A stretch of DNA of 64,000 nucleotides from a virus: IMG/VR virus record IMGVR_UViG_3300021964_000015; one strand, written 5' to 3'. The translations under genes and the position numbers were made by a program. The notes beneath the pieces are model-generated. The model did not search any database. It was not told where the DNA came from and saw nothing but the letters and a program-made list of their open reading frames with translations. The first letter of the stretch is position 1. Each line of letters starts with the position of its first letter. Below are positions 55,098-63,646 of this stretch, in pieces.

Positions 55098-55819
55098 TTT
55101 CAACCATCATTAGAAACCGCGAACCGCACGTTGCTCGTTGGTCTGCACAGCTGCAGCGTTTGGTTACATGCAATCCAGATATTACATTTGATCTTGTTGT
55201 ACTAGAAAATGATTCAGTTGATGGTACAAAAGAAATACTAGAACAAGAGATTTCTTTGCTTGAAACAGTATTTAATGACGTAATCTGTAAAAGCGTTGAC
55301 TACGGTTGGCCATACTTTGGTTCAATCAAAGCAGAAGAACGTGTTAAATACCTTGCTTTAGCAAGGAATGAAACTTTGGAATTAGCTGATTTAAAAAATA
55401 AGCTATCTACATACGATAAGATCGTATGCGTTGAACCAGATATTGTTTATGATCCTGTTCTTGTCAGGGCTTTATTTGATACTTCTTACGACATTGCTTC
55501 TGGGTATAGTGTATTGCCTATTGGCATGGGTGTTCCTGATTGGATTTATGACAGTTGGGCAACGCGAATGGATACCAAAGATTTGGAATACACTGGGCCA
55601 AAGGTATCAAAACTTCCTTCGCGGCTAAATTTGGCATCTACATTTAATTGTTTCTGTGTATACAATGCAGAACCAATTGCTGATGGCGTTAGGTTTTCGG
55701 AAATCAACCCATTAAATGGCAAATGGGATTGTGATACCACTACCATTTGCTTTGAATTTTTACAAAGAGGTTATGACAGGATATATATGTGCAGAATTCC
55801 TATCCTTCACAAACCATGA
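55085..55819 (+). CDS. GT-A glycosyltransferase, paralog of 52025-52873
   Basis: LENDSVDGT, LALARN, EPDI, YDSWA, STFNCF. Confidence 0.8.
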   Translation: MRCLISTIIRNREPHVARWSAQLQRLVTCNPDITFDLVVLENDSVDGTKEILEQEISLLETVFNDVICKSVDYGWPYFGSIKAEERVKYLALARNETLELADLKNKLSTYDKIVCVEPDIVYDPVLVRALFDTSYDIASGYSVLPIGMGVPDWIYDSWATRMDTKDLEYTGPKVSKLPSRLNLASTFNCFCVYNAEPIADGVRFSEINPLNGKWDCDTTTICFEFLQRGYDRIYMCRIPILHKP

Positions 55820-55863
55820 GATTACTTTTTTCACCTATACTTAGAACACCGAAGAAATCTGAA

Positions 55864-56079
55864 ATGTCCCTTTCTACCCAAGTAAAAGAATCCATTGATC
55901 AAGCTGCTGAGTACATGCGTGATGCATTGGCATTTGCTGCACGTACCGAGCATCCAATTACGATTACAACCATTTCAGATTTGTTGTGCCGTCTTGAATC
56001 CTTGGAGCAGATGGATGATTTAATGCAGCAATTTGCAAGTAAATCAGATGGAGATCAAACGCCCCAAAACCGAGGCTGA
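55864..56079 (+). CDS. conserved cyanophage hypothetical protein
   Basis: MSLSTQVKESIDQAAEYMRDALAFAARTEHP. Confidence 0.7.
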   Translation: MSLSTQVKESIDQAAEYMRDALAFAARTEHPITITTISDLLCRLESLEQMDDLMQQFASKSDGDQTPQNRG

Positions 56080-56218
56080 ACGCCTCGAAGAATACTTTAG
56101 GCAACTCCAGTATTTAATACCACATCCGCCACGTGATTGGCAGAAGAAAACAAAGAAATGTAAGTGGGCTAAAATATTAAAAGAGCAAAAAAATAATCCT
56201 GATGTCTCAGGAGAATAG
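56048..56218 (+). CDS. small hypothetical protein
   Basis: start MEIKRPK. Confidence 0.55.
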   Translation: MEIKRPKTEAERLEEYFRQLQYLIPHPPRDWQKKTKKCKWAKILKEQKNNPDVSGE

Positions 56219-56486
56219 TAAGTATACAAAACCAGGGTTACGTGAACGGATTAAAGATCGCGTAATGGCTGGTACTAAAGGCGGCAAGGCGGGCCAGTGG
56301 AGTGCACGTAAAGCTCAGATTGTTGCGCGTGAATACGAAGAAGCAGGTGGTGGATATAAAGGAGGTAAGGGTAAAAAACAAAAGTCCCTGGAGAAATGGG
56401 GCAAAGAAAAGTGGATGACAAAAGATCAATATGAAAAAGGAAAGAAAGCTAAAGCTGCTGCCAAAAGATATAAGGATAGTAAGTGA
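56202..56486 (+). CDS. basic protein, N-terminal half of a DUF5872-like family
   Basis: YTKPGLRERIK...GGKAGQWSARKAQ...GGGY...QKSLEKW. Confidence 0.75.
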   Translation: MSQENSKYTKPGLRERIKDRVMAGTKGGKAGQWSARKAQIVAREYEEAGGGYKGGKGKKQKSLEKWGKEKWMTKDQYEKGKKAKAAAKRYKDSK

Positions 56487-56722
56487 TGAAATTAGCTGGT
56501 AAGTACGCAACGGGTTATACGCCTGATGCTTTTCCCGATCAAAAGCTTATGCAAGAGATTGCAAAACAAAGTGCCAATAATCCTGAAGTAAGAGAAGCAG
56601 CGTTAACGTATCAGTATCCTTTTAGGTTATCTGAACTTGTAAATAGTAATTATTCTCAAAGAACAAAGGAAATAATTATGAATGCGCTTGAGTTTAAAGT
56701 TCCCCAATGGCCACCAAAATGA
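56483..56722 (+). CDS. hypothetical protein starting MKLAGKY
   Basis: 79 aa, overlapping junctions at both ends. Confidence 0.6.
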   Translation: MMKLAGKYATGYTPDAFPDQKLMQEIAKQSANNPEVREAALTYQYPFRLSELVNSNYSQRTKEIIMNALEFKVPQWPPK

Positions 56723-56922
56723 CTGATAAAGCAATTCAAAAGGGATATACCAAACGTTACTTACCAGAGAAGGCGTGGGCTTCTTTATCAAAAGAAGAAC
56801 GTGAGGAGACGGATCAAAAGAAAAGAGCTGGTAGCAAAAAAGGTAAACAATTTATTCCGAATACAGAAAAGGCAAAGAAAGCTGGTAGGGCAGCAAGACG
56901 TTACAAGCAGCAAAAGTCATGA
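56719..56922 (+). CDS. basic protein, C-terminal half of a DUF5872-like family
   Basis: TKRYLPEKAWASLSKEEREETDQKKR...GKQFIPNT. Confidence 0.75.
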   Translation: MTDKAIQKGYTKRYLPEKAWASLSKEEREETDQKKRAGSKKGKQFIPNTEKAKKAGRAARRYKQQKS

Positions 56923-57022
56923 TATCCTAACCGGTGGAGCAATACCGCTCTAAGGGAAATAGTCGAATCCCTTCCACCTTTCGTGTAACTGCTCAAGGCA
57001 ACAGCTAGCGTAGAAGGAAGTT

Positions 57023-57271
57023 ATGATCCCAGTAATACTGGGATTTTTTATGTGGCGTTTGTGGTGCTTGGCACTAGGAGAAAAAGCATCTAACAAAAAC
57101 AAAGAAGCAGATGCAGTTGCTTTAATCAGAACGTTTATTTTTATTTCGTACCTTACGACAAATTTGTTTATAGTAAGTGGAGTTATACGTCACTGGAATA
57201 AGTGCTCACAAGAAAACGTGAACGCATCAAGCGTAATCGAGAAAAATTTATTGAGTACAAAAAGACGTTAA
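57023..57271 (+). CDS. small membrane protein
   Basis: WRLWCLALGEKA...ADAVALIRT...N.FIVSGVIRHW, common in cyanophages. Confidence 0.7.
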   Translation: MIPVILGFFMWRLWCLALGEKASNKNKEADAVALIRTFIFISYLTTNLFIVSGVIRHWNKCSQENVNASSVIEKNLLSTKRR

Positions 57272-57525
57272 GTTGTGAGCACTGCGGCCTGGATGATTAT
57301 CGTTTACTTGATTTTCATCATGTTGGCGACAAAAAACATGCTGTGTCAAGGATGATAGGTGATGGCTGGAGTTGGGAAAAGATAGCAGATGAAATTGCCA
57401 AATGTATTCCACTGTGTTCTAACTGTCACAGGCTAGAGCATTATAAACTAGTAACAAAAGAAGAAGACAATGCTTTCAACCAATACCAGGCTACGGGTTC
57501 AATTCTTGTGCGACTGCATTGGTAA
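57202..57525 (+). CDS. HNH endonuclease (short)
   Basis: CEHCG...LDFHH...EIAKCIPLCSNCHRLEH. Confidence 0.85.
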   Translation: MLTRKRERIKRNREKFIEYKKTLSCEHCGLDDYRLLDFHHVGDKKHAVSRMIGDGWSWEKIADEIAKCIPLCSNCHRLEHYKLVTKEEDNAFNQYQATGSILVRLHW

Positions 57526-57787
57526 GGGGGCACCAGTTGAATTAAAGGATATGGCATGGCTACAGAAGTTAGCCGATCGCAATCCAACTGTTAATACATG
57601 GATTCGTCAAGCACGTCGCAAAGCTATCCAGGGTGATGAACCTGCAAATGAATTGGATGAGTTTTGTAATGCCATGGATCTTGGTGAACCAGATCCTAGT
57701 GATCACCTGGTAGGACCACAGGATCCAGTTACGTTAGCCGAATGGTTTATGGGACGACAGAAGTGGTTCCGCGGACAGGTTGATTAA
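57470..57787 (+). CDS. conserved cyanophage hypothetical protein
   Basis: MLSTNTRLRVQFLCDCI...DMAWLQKLA...LDEFCNAMDLG. Confidence 0.75.
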   Translation: MLSTNTRLRVQFLCDCIGKGAPVELKDMAWLQKLADRNPTVNTWIRQARRKAIQGDEPANELDEFCNAMDLGEPDPSDHLVGPQDPVTLAEWFMGRQKWFRGQVD

Positions 57788-58329
57788 TTATTCCTCAACG
57801 TAGCTTTAATAAACCAAGCAGCTTTAAATGATTGGCCAACAATATCAGCCATGTAATTTTGGATGTCAACAGCACCAATTTTGGCTGCAGCTTTTTCTAG
57901 TTTTTTAGCTTTGTTAGCTAATTCTTCTAGATTTTTGTAGTAGGTAGAGAGTTGATCGGTACCTTTGTAGCTTGTTACATGTTTCATACCAGGACCAGCA
58001 TCAGCTAGTCCGTTGGCACACATGGGAAGAAGGTAGTCCATGCTGCGGATGTATTCACCAAGCGTATCAAATTGCGCCAGGTGAGACTCATATTGATCTT
58101 TAAGGAATGCATGGACACCTAAGAAATTGGCACCTTCATAGTTCAGGTGGATGAGATGGGATTGCGTCTCCAGATCTTTGATATAAGAACAAAGTGAAAT
58201 GCACTGCTGGATAAAACCACCCACGTCACCAGCCTTTGATTTAGCTGCAACTTTTTTTGGTACAGCTTTTAGTTCAGTTTGTTGCAACTGAACAGGTGTT
58301 ACCTCTGGCTGAGATGTAGGAGTATACAT
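57784..58329 (-). CDS. dps: Dps/ferritin-like protein
   Basis: HLIHLNYEGANFLGVHAFLKDQY...DTLGEYIR and KAAWFIKA, the Dps ferroxidase pattern. Confidence 0.85.
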   Translation of the reverse strand: MYTPTSQPEVTPVQLQQTELKAVPKKVAAKSKAGDVGGFIQQCISLCSYIKDLETQSHLIHLNYEGANFLGVHAFLKDQYESHLAQFDTLGEYIRSMDYLLPMCANGLADAGPGMKHVTSYKGTDQLSTYYKNLEELANKAKKLEKAAAKIGAVDIQNYMADIVGQSFKAAWFIKATLRNN

Positions 58330-58333
58330 AGGT

Positions 58334-59611
58334 TTACATTGCTTCAATCCATTTTAATCCAAATAACACATTAGTATTGTTCGAAATAGGAGTTACAGCA
58401 AGAGTAAGTACATCACTTACACCAGCAATTGTTCTACCCAATTGATATGTAAAATCAGTTGGACCACCAACTTGACTTTCTCCATGGAGATTAATGTAGG
58501 CACTGTTGATTACGGTGCCTCCACTTAGTGCACTTGCCGAGGTGTCGTATTGTACATTGTTGTTTGAATGGGTTGCATAACTTGCTCCCGTTAGTGTTGC
58601 ATTTTTGATTAATGTCCACTTACATCCGTTATTGCTTGTGATGATACCATAGATTTCAGAAAGAATAACAACAGCATCCAAACGACTTGAGTTTAAACGA
58701 ATTGATATTACTGGATATGTTGCACCGCCAGTAGCAAGTGTGATGGGTGTGGCGCCACGATCGATTGCATACGTTTGACCGGCAGCTGTGTAACCACCTT
58801 CTGATACAACGGAAGCACAGATTTGTTGCGCAAAAGTACCAGATGCAATGGTATTTGTGTTTTCAATTTCTTGCCGCAAGGGTAGTGCAGCGGTTGTCAT
58901 GTAAGTGGAGTCTGTTGCATTTGCATTTTTAAATGTATGACAAACAATTAACTGTCCATTGATAATAAAGCCGCACCTTACATCACCAGCACCAAGCCAT
59001 TCAATATCAGTCCAGAAGATATTTCCTTTTGTTGGATTAAGCGTTAAACCAGAAAGACCAAGGCCATTTAATTTATCTCCATTCCACTCGCCTTGCGGAA
59101 TACGTGTATTAACAACAGATCCAGACACCCTGGATCTAAGCACCATATATAAGGTTGCATTGTCTTGTTCAAAGTAGATGCCATTATCAGTACCAAAATA
59201 ACCAACGCGTTGACGTAGGTTTGTTTGTGCTGCCGCAAAAACAAACGAATTATTAATCAACAAAGATTTCCCTGGCTGATAAGGGAAAACACGTTTGGTT
59301 TCACGGTAAATGTAATCACCAGAAGCAGTGGTTACATTAAGGTCAACAGCACTTTTATTTACTTGATATGTGGTTGATCCAGAGTTACCACTTGCTGTAG
59401 ACCATTTATCGTTCTCTTGATAGCGATGCTGGCTATCAAATATGGCTAATGGATTTGATGTACGTAATCTACCAAAGGCATCAGAACCTGCCGGGCCATT
59501 TGGTTGTGTTGTGATTGATTGCCCAGAAATTGTTTGGACATATAGGTTTTGATATTCGATATAGCCAGAGTGGCCATTACCTAAATCGTTTACGAAACGA
59601 ATTCTATACAT
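58334..59611 (-). CDS. conserved virion-type beta protein
   Basis: DAFGRLRTSNP...YQPGKS...WNGDKL...EWLGAGDVRCGF...LPLRQEI. Confidence 0.75.
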   Translation of the reverse strand: MYRIRFVNDLGNGHSGYIEYQNLYVQTISGQSITTQPNGPAGSDAFGRLRTSNPLAIFDSQHRYQENDKWSTASGNSGSTTYQVNKSAVDLNVTTASGDYIYRETKRVFPYQPGKSLLINNSFVFAAAQTNLRQRVGYFGTDNGIYFEQDNATLYMVLRSRVSGSVVNTRIPQGEWNGDKLNGLGLSGLTLNPTKGNIFWTDIEWLGAGDVRCGFIINGQLIVCHTFKNANATDSTYMTTAALPLRQEIENTNTIASGTFAQQICASVVSEGGYTAAGQTYAIDRGATPITLATGGATYPVISIRLNSSRLDAVVILSEIYGIITSNNGCKWTLIKNATLTGASYATHSNNNVQYDTSASALSGGTVINSAYINLHGESQVGGPTDFTYQLGRTIAGVSDVLTLAVTPISNNTNVLFGLKWIEAM

Positions 59612-59691
59612 GGTATTTTTTCTTTATTCTACTGTGATTTGTTGAGTTAAAACTGTTAGAATTAAAAAATAAAAGATGCCCTTAAAAGGAA

Positions 59692-59988
59692 ATGATAAAT
59701 CAAGGGTGGAAGGTACAGATTACAAATAGTACCGCCATGCCCGTTAGCGGAGTTATGACCGTTACGGGAGGTACGATTGCAATTACAGGTGGTACTGTTT
59801 CAGTTACGGGAGATGTTGATGTACTGCAGGGATTAGCAATTCCTCAGCATGATTATATTTCTTTAACGTATAGCGGTAGCTCATTGACGGGTGTGGTTTA
59901 TAAAAGTGGAGGAGCGGGTGGCAGTACGGTTGCTAACTTGGCATTAACGTATAGCGGTAGTAATCTTACTAGTGTGACAAAGAGTTGA
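59692..59988 (+). CDS. small tail-associated protein
   Basis: IPQHDYISLTY...YKSGG..G.TVA.L.LTY. Confidence 0.7.
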   Translation: MINQGWKVQITNSTAMPVSGVMTVTGGTIAITGGTVSVTGDVDVLQGLAIPQHDYISLTYSGSSLTGVVYKSGGAGGSTVANLALTYSGSNLTSVTKS

Positions 59989-59991
59989 GCC

Positions 59992-61503
59992 ATGCCATAT
60001 GTATTTAATCCCTTTACAGGGAACTTCGATATTGTTGATACTAATACAGCAGCTGGTTCAGATACCCAGGTGCAGTTTAATGATGGCGGTACGTTAGCAG
60101 GAGATACAGCATTAACCTGGAACAAAACCAGTGATCAACTTACGGTCGGCGGCGACATCAACCTCGACAGTGGCGGCAATTTTTCTACGACCATTCAATC
60201 GGTCACCCCAACCGCCAACCGCACCATCAGCTTCCCAGACCAAACCGGCACCGTCGGCCTCGTCTCTGGAGCAACCGGAAACATCCAGTACAACAACGCC
60301 GGACAACTGGCAGGCACTGCAGATTTAAATGTCAGTCTTGACTGGACAAATGCTGCTATTGCATACACCGGCTTAAAGGTTAATGTAACTGATACTGCTA
60401 GTGCTGCTGGTAGTAAGCTTTTTGATCTTCAAAGCAATGGCACTAGCCAAGTATCAGTTGATTCCTCTGGTTCTCTAGAGGTAGCTTCCGAACTGGTAAA
60501 CAGCATCACCGTTGGTCGGGGCGCAGGCGCGATTAGCTCCAATACAGCAGTCGGCAGCGGTGCGCTTCAGGCGAATACCACTGGCATCAACAACACTGCC
60601 AACGGAGTCAGCGCCCTTTCCTCCAATACCACTGGTAACAGCAGCACTGCTACCGGATACCAAGCCCTCCGCTCCAACACCACTGGTAACAACAACACTG
60701 CTAACGGATACCAATCCCTTTTATCCAACACCACTGGTAACAACAACACTGCAAACGGATATCAAGCCCTCGTTTTCAACACCACTGGCTCCAGTAACAC
60801 TGCTAACGGACTCCAATCTCTCTACTCCAATACCATTGGTGCTGCCAACACTGCAAACGGATTCCAATCTCTCTACTCCAACACCACTGGTAACAACAAC
60901 ACTGCTAACGGACTCCAATCTCTCTACAACAACACCACTGGTAACAACAACACTGCTAACGGAAGCAGCGCCCTCTACTCCAACACCACTGGCAACAGCA
61001 ACACTGCTAACGGACGCGAAGCCCTCTACAACAACACCACTGGCGCAGGCAACGTTTGCCTCGGCAGTCTGAACAACGCCGGTACATACGCGCCAGTCTT
61101 CGACTGCACCACCGAAAACAACCGCGTGGTAGTTGGCAGCACTGCTGTTACCAATGCTTACATCCAAGTTGCATGGACGGTTGTTTCAGACGAACGAGAT
61201 AAGACCAACTTTGATCTTGTCCCCCACGGGCTTGATTTCGTCAAGCAGCTCAACCCTGTCGCGTTCCAGTTCAAGGAATCTCGCGATTCGGATATTCCTC
61301 ACGGTCCAGTGCGCTATGGCTTCAAAGCGCAGGACATCCTGGCACTGGAGGGTGACGACAACGCTGTCATTATTGACAATGAAAATCCAGATAAACTGCG
61401 CTATAACGGCGAAGCACTGGTGCCTGTTCTTGTTAATGCCATCAAGGAGCTTGCAGCCGAGAACGCTGCACTGAAAGCACGCCTGGATGCCGCTGGCATT
61501 TGA
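59992..61503 (+). CDS. tail fibre with 14-aa repeats and C-terminal S74 intramolecular chaperone
   Basis: NTTGNNNTANGxxAL repeats; SDERDKTN cleavage motif; GFKAQD...LVNAIKEL. Confidence 0.9.
   Translation: MPYVFNPFTGNFDIVDTNTAAGSDTQVQFNDGGTLAGDTALTWNKTSDQLTVGGDINLDSGGNFSTTIQSVTPTANRTISFPDQTGTVGLVSGATGNIQYNNAGQLAGTADLNVSLDWTNAAIAYTGLKVNVTDTASAAGSKLFDLQSNGTSQVSVDSSGSLEVASELVNSITVGRGAGAISSNTAVGSGALQANTTGINNTANGVSALSSNTTGNSSTATGYQALRSNTTGNNNTANGYQSLLSNTTGNNNTANGYQALVFNTTGSSNTANGLQSLYSNTIGAANTANGFQSLYSNTTGNNNTANGLQSLYNNTTGNNNTANGSSALYSNTTGNSNTANGREALYNNTTGAGNVCLGSLNNAGTYAPVFDCTTENNRVVVGSTAVTNAYIQVAWTVVSDERDKTNFDLVPHGLDFVKQLNPVAFQFKESRDSDIPHGPVRYGFKAQDILALEGDDNAVIIDNENPDKLRYNGEALVPVLVNAIKELAAENAALKARLDAAGI
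60535..61060 (+). repeat. 42-bp coding tandem repeat (about 12 units)
   Basis: aacaccactggtaacaacaacactgctaacgga units. Confidence 0.85.
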
Positions 61504-61529
61504 TCCTTTCATTTTTGAAGCTCTAAACC

Positions 61530-62141
61530 ATGGACACACTCACCGTTACGATCACCAACACCCGCACCATTGACGGCCTGATTTTTGCCGCCAATAGCGC
61601 CAAGCTTTCGCCCGAGGATTACGCCACCTGGCTCCTCACGCAAGACGGCAAACGTTACGCCGACGCCAACAGCTACGGCATTGTGACCAGCGCTGGTTTC
61701 TTCGCACGCTTCACTCCCACTGAATACGCCAACATCTTGGCCGCAGCAGAAGATACCACCGTGGTGCCTGATCCAATTGGTGGCATTCCTACTGCAGCAG
61801 AACAACAGGCATACGACGACGCCGTTGCTAAGTTTGCAGCAATCCCGGATCCTACGCCTGAGGATATTGCCGAGTACGAAGCAGCAGTTGCCGCTTACAA
61901 GGCAGCTTGCAAGCCTGATAACGAAGCCGAGATTGAAGCAGCTGAAAAGCAGAATGCTGATGCTGCTGAGATTAAAGCGTTGATTGATGAGCTTACTGCA
62001 GCAGAACGTGTGGCACTTGATGACCAGCGCGTGACTGATGCATTGGCTCTCTTGGTACAACGCAATTTACTTGCTCCTGATCGTCCTGCAGAGATCGTGA
62101 AGTATGACCGCCCGTTTCCTGAAGTGAATGGAGATGCGTGA
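61530..62141 (+). CDS. tail fibre assembly-like protein
   Basis: FFARFTPTEY...DDQRVTDALALLV..NLL...R..EI. Confidence 0.65.
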   Translation: MDTLTVTITNTRTIDGLIFAANSAKLSPEDYATWLLTQDGKRYADANSYGIVTSAGFFARFTPTEYANILAAAEDTTVVPDPIGGIPTAAEQQAYDDAVAKFAAIPDPTPEDIAEYEAAVAAYKAACKPDNEAEIEAAEKQNADAAEIKALIDELTAAERVALDDQRVTDALALLVQRNLLAPDRPAEIVKYDRPFPEVNGDA

Positions 62142-63646
62142 TGAGTTTGGTCTGGAGCCCTGATTACGCACCAGTAGACGGCGATTTTGCTGATGTGTCC
62201 TTGCTTCTAAAGGGTGAGGGCACCAATGGCAGCACGACCATTTTGGATAGTAGTAGCAATAATTTGAGTGTTACTGCAAATGGTGACGCTCAGATTAGTA
62301 CAGCGGTGAATACACCGTTCGGCACTGGTGATGGCGTGCTGGCGTTTGATGGGACGGGTGATTACCTGCAAGCTGCTGAAAGTAATTCAAATTTAACTTT
62401 TGATACTGGTGATTTTACGGTAGAATTTTTTATCTACTACAACAGTACAAATACTGACGATTTGCTTTTAGATTGGAGAAACTCGGTAGGCGGACAAGAT
62501 CGAATTGTTTTATTTCAGACTGGAGGTAATTTAACCCTATTTAATCCCAACAACACCACCACTACTATTTTTACACCCAGTACAAATATATGGTATCATG
62601 TATCTTTGTGCAGAAGCAGCGGAACTTTAAGGGCTTATGTTGATGGTATTCAGGTTTTTAGTGTTGCAAATGCTGTAAATTATTTACCTCCCGGATCCAC
62701 GAATGGCATATACATAGGCGGTATTGCATTTGCTTCCGGATATGACTTTGATGGATACCTCTCCAACCTCCGCATCACCAAAGGCGTAGCACGTTACACC
62801 GAGAACTTCGACGTTCCCACCGCACCGTTCCCGATCCTTTCTCCTAGCGGTCGCATTACCATTGCTGACGACAGCTTAGATGCTGATGCCCGTCAGTACA
62901 TCATTAACGTAGAAGAACAGGACGGAGAAGAGCTAGAAGCTGGTGTACGCACTGCAATCAACGACTTCGTGGTTGGCTGCAAGAACGATGGCATCTGGAA
63001 CGCTATTAAGGCAAGCTGCCTGTTGTGTGGCGCTCGTACTTTGGAGGGCGCGTTGGTGTCGTTGAAAGGCAGTGCTCCTACTAATAATGGCCCGTTTACT
63101 GCATCAGATTACAACAGAAGAACTGGCCTGCTTGGCAATGGGAGCACAAAGTATTTAGACACCAATCGGGCCAACAACGCTGATCCGCAAAACAGCAAAC
63201 ACGTCTCAGTTTATATCACAGAAGCGGACCCAGTTAATACTCGCATGGTATTTGGCTCAGATAGTTTTGGTACTTCTGGTGGTACATCAGTCCTCATTGC
63301 GCCAGCTACTCCTAGGGTAATACCTAGGGCAAACTGCGGTGGATCTGGTGGAATTGTTAACGGTTTGACTGCGGATAACTCCTTTGTTGCAGTTGACAGG
63401 AGCGTTTCAAATCTTTTTGTTTTTAGACACAATCAAACTAGCTCTGATGTTAACTACACATCCCAGACCCCAACAAGCAATAACATCCTAATTTTTGCTA
63501 GGCCCGGCCCCTCGAATGTTTCATCTGACCGGATTGCTTTTTATTCAATTGGTGAAACCCTACCCAACGATCTGGTTAGCTCCGGGCTAGAGCTTCTCGA
63601 CGCCCGTATTTCTGCCTTTATCACCGCCATTGGAGCTGCTATCTAA
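62138..63646 (+). CDS. LamG/concanavalin-A-domain receptor-binding protein
   Basis: VSLLL.GEGTNGST...FDGTGDYL...GDFTVEF...WYHV...GYLSNLRITKGVARY. Confidence 0.85.
   Translation: MMSLVWSPDYAPVDGDFADVSLLLKGEGTNGSTTILDSSSNNLSVTANGDAQISTAVNTPFGTGDGVLAFDGTGDYLQAAESNSNLTFDTGDFTVEFFIYYNSTNTDDLLLDWRNSVGGQDRIVLFQTGGNLTLFNPNNTTTTIFTPSTNIWYHVSLCRSSGTLRAYVDGIQVFSVANAVNYLPPGSTNGIYIGGIAFASGYDFDGYLSNLRITKGVARYTENFDVPTAPFPILSPSGRITIADDSLDADARQYIINVEEQDGEELEAGVRTAINDFVVGCKNDGIWNAIKASCLLCGARTLEGALVSLKGSAPTNNGPFTASDYNRRTGLLGNGSTKYLDTNRANNADPQNSKHVSVYITEADPVNTRMVFGSDSFGTSGGTSVLIAPATPRVIPRANCGGSGGIVNGLTADNSFVAVDRSVSNLFVFRHNQTSSDVNYTSQTPTSNNILIFARPGPSNVSSDRIAFYSIGETLPNDLVSSGLELLDARISAFITAIGAAI

Noticed and set aside
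60535-61060. 42-bp repeats as CRISPR or DGR template; alternative-frame ORFs 60512-61072 and 60721-61167
   Set aside because: Ordinary coding fibre repeats; no reverse transcriptase or TR/VR pair; alternative ORFs arise from repeat periodicity
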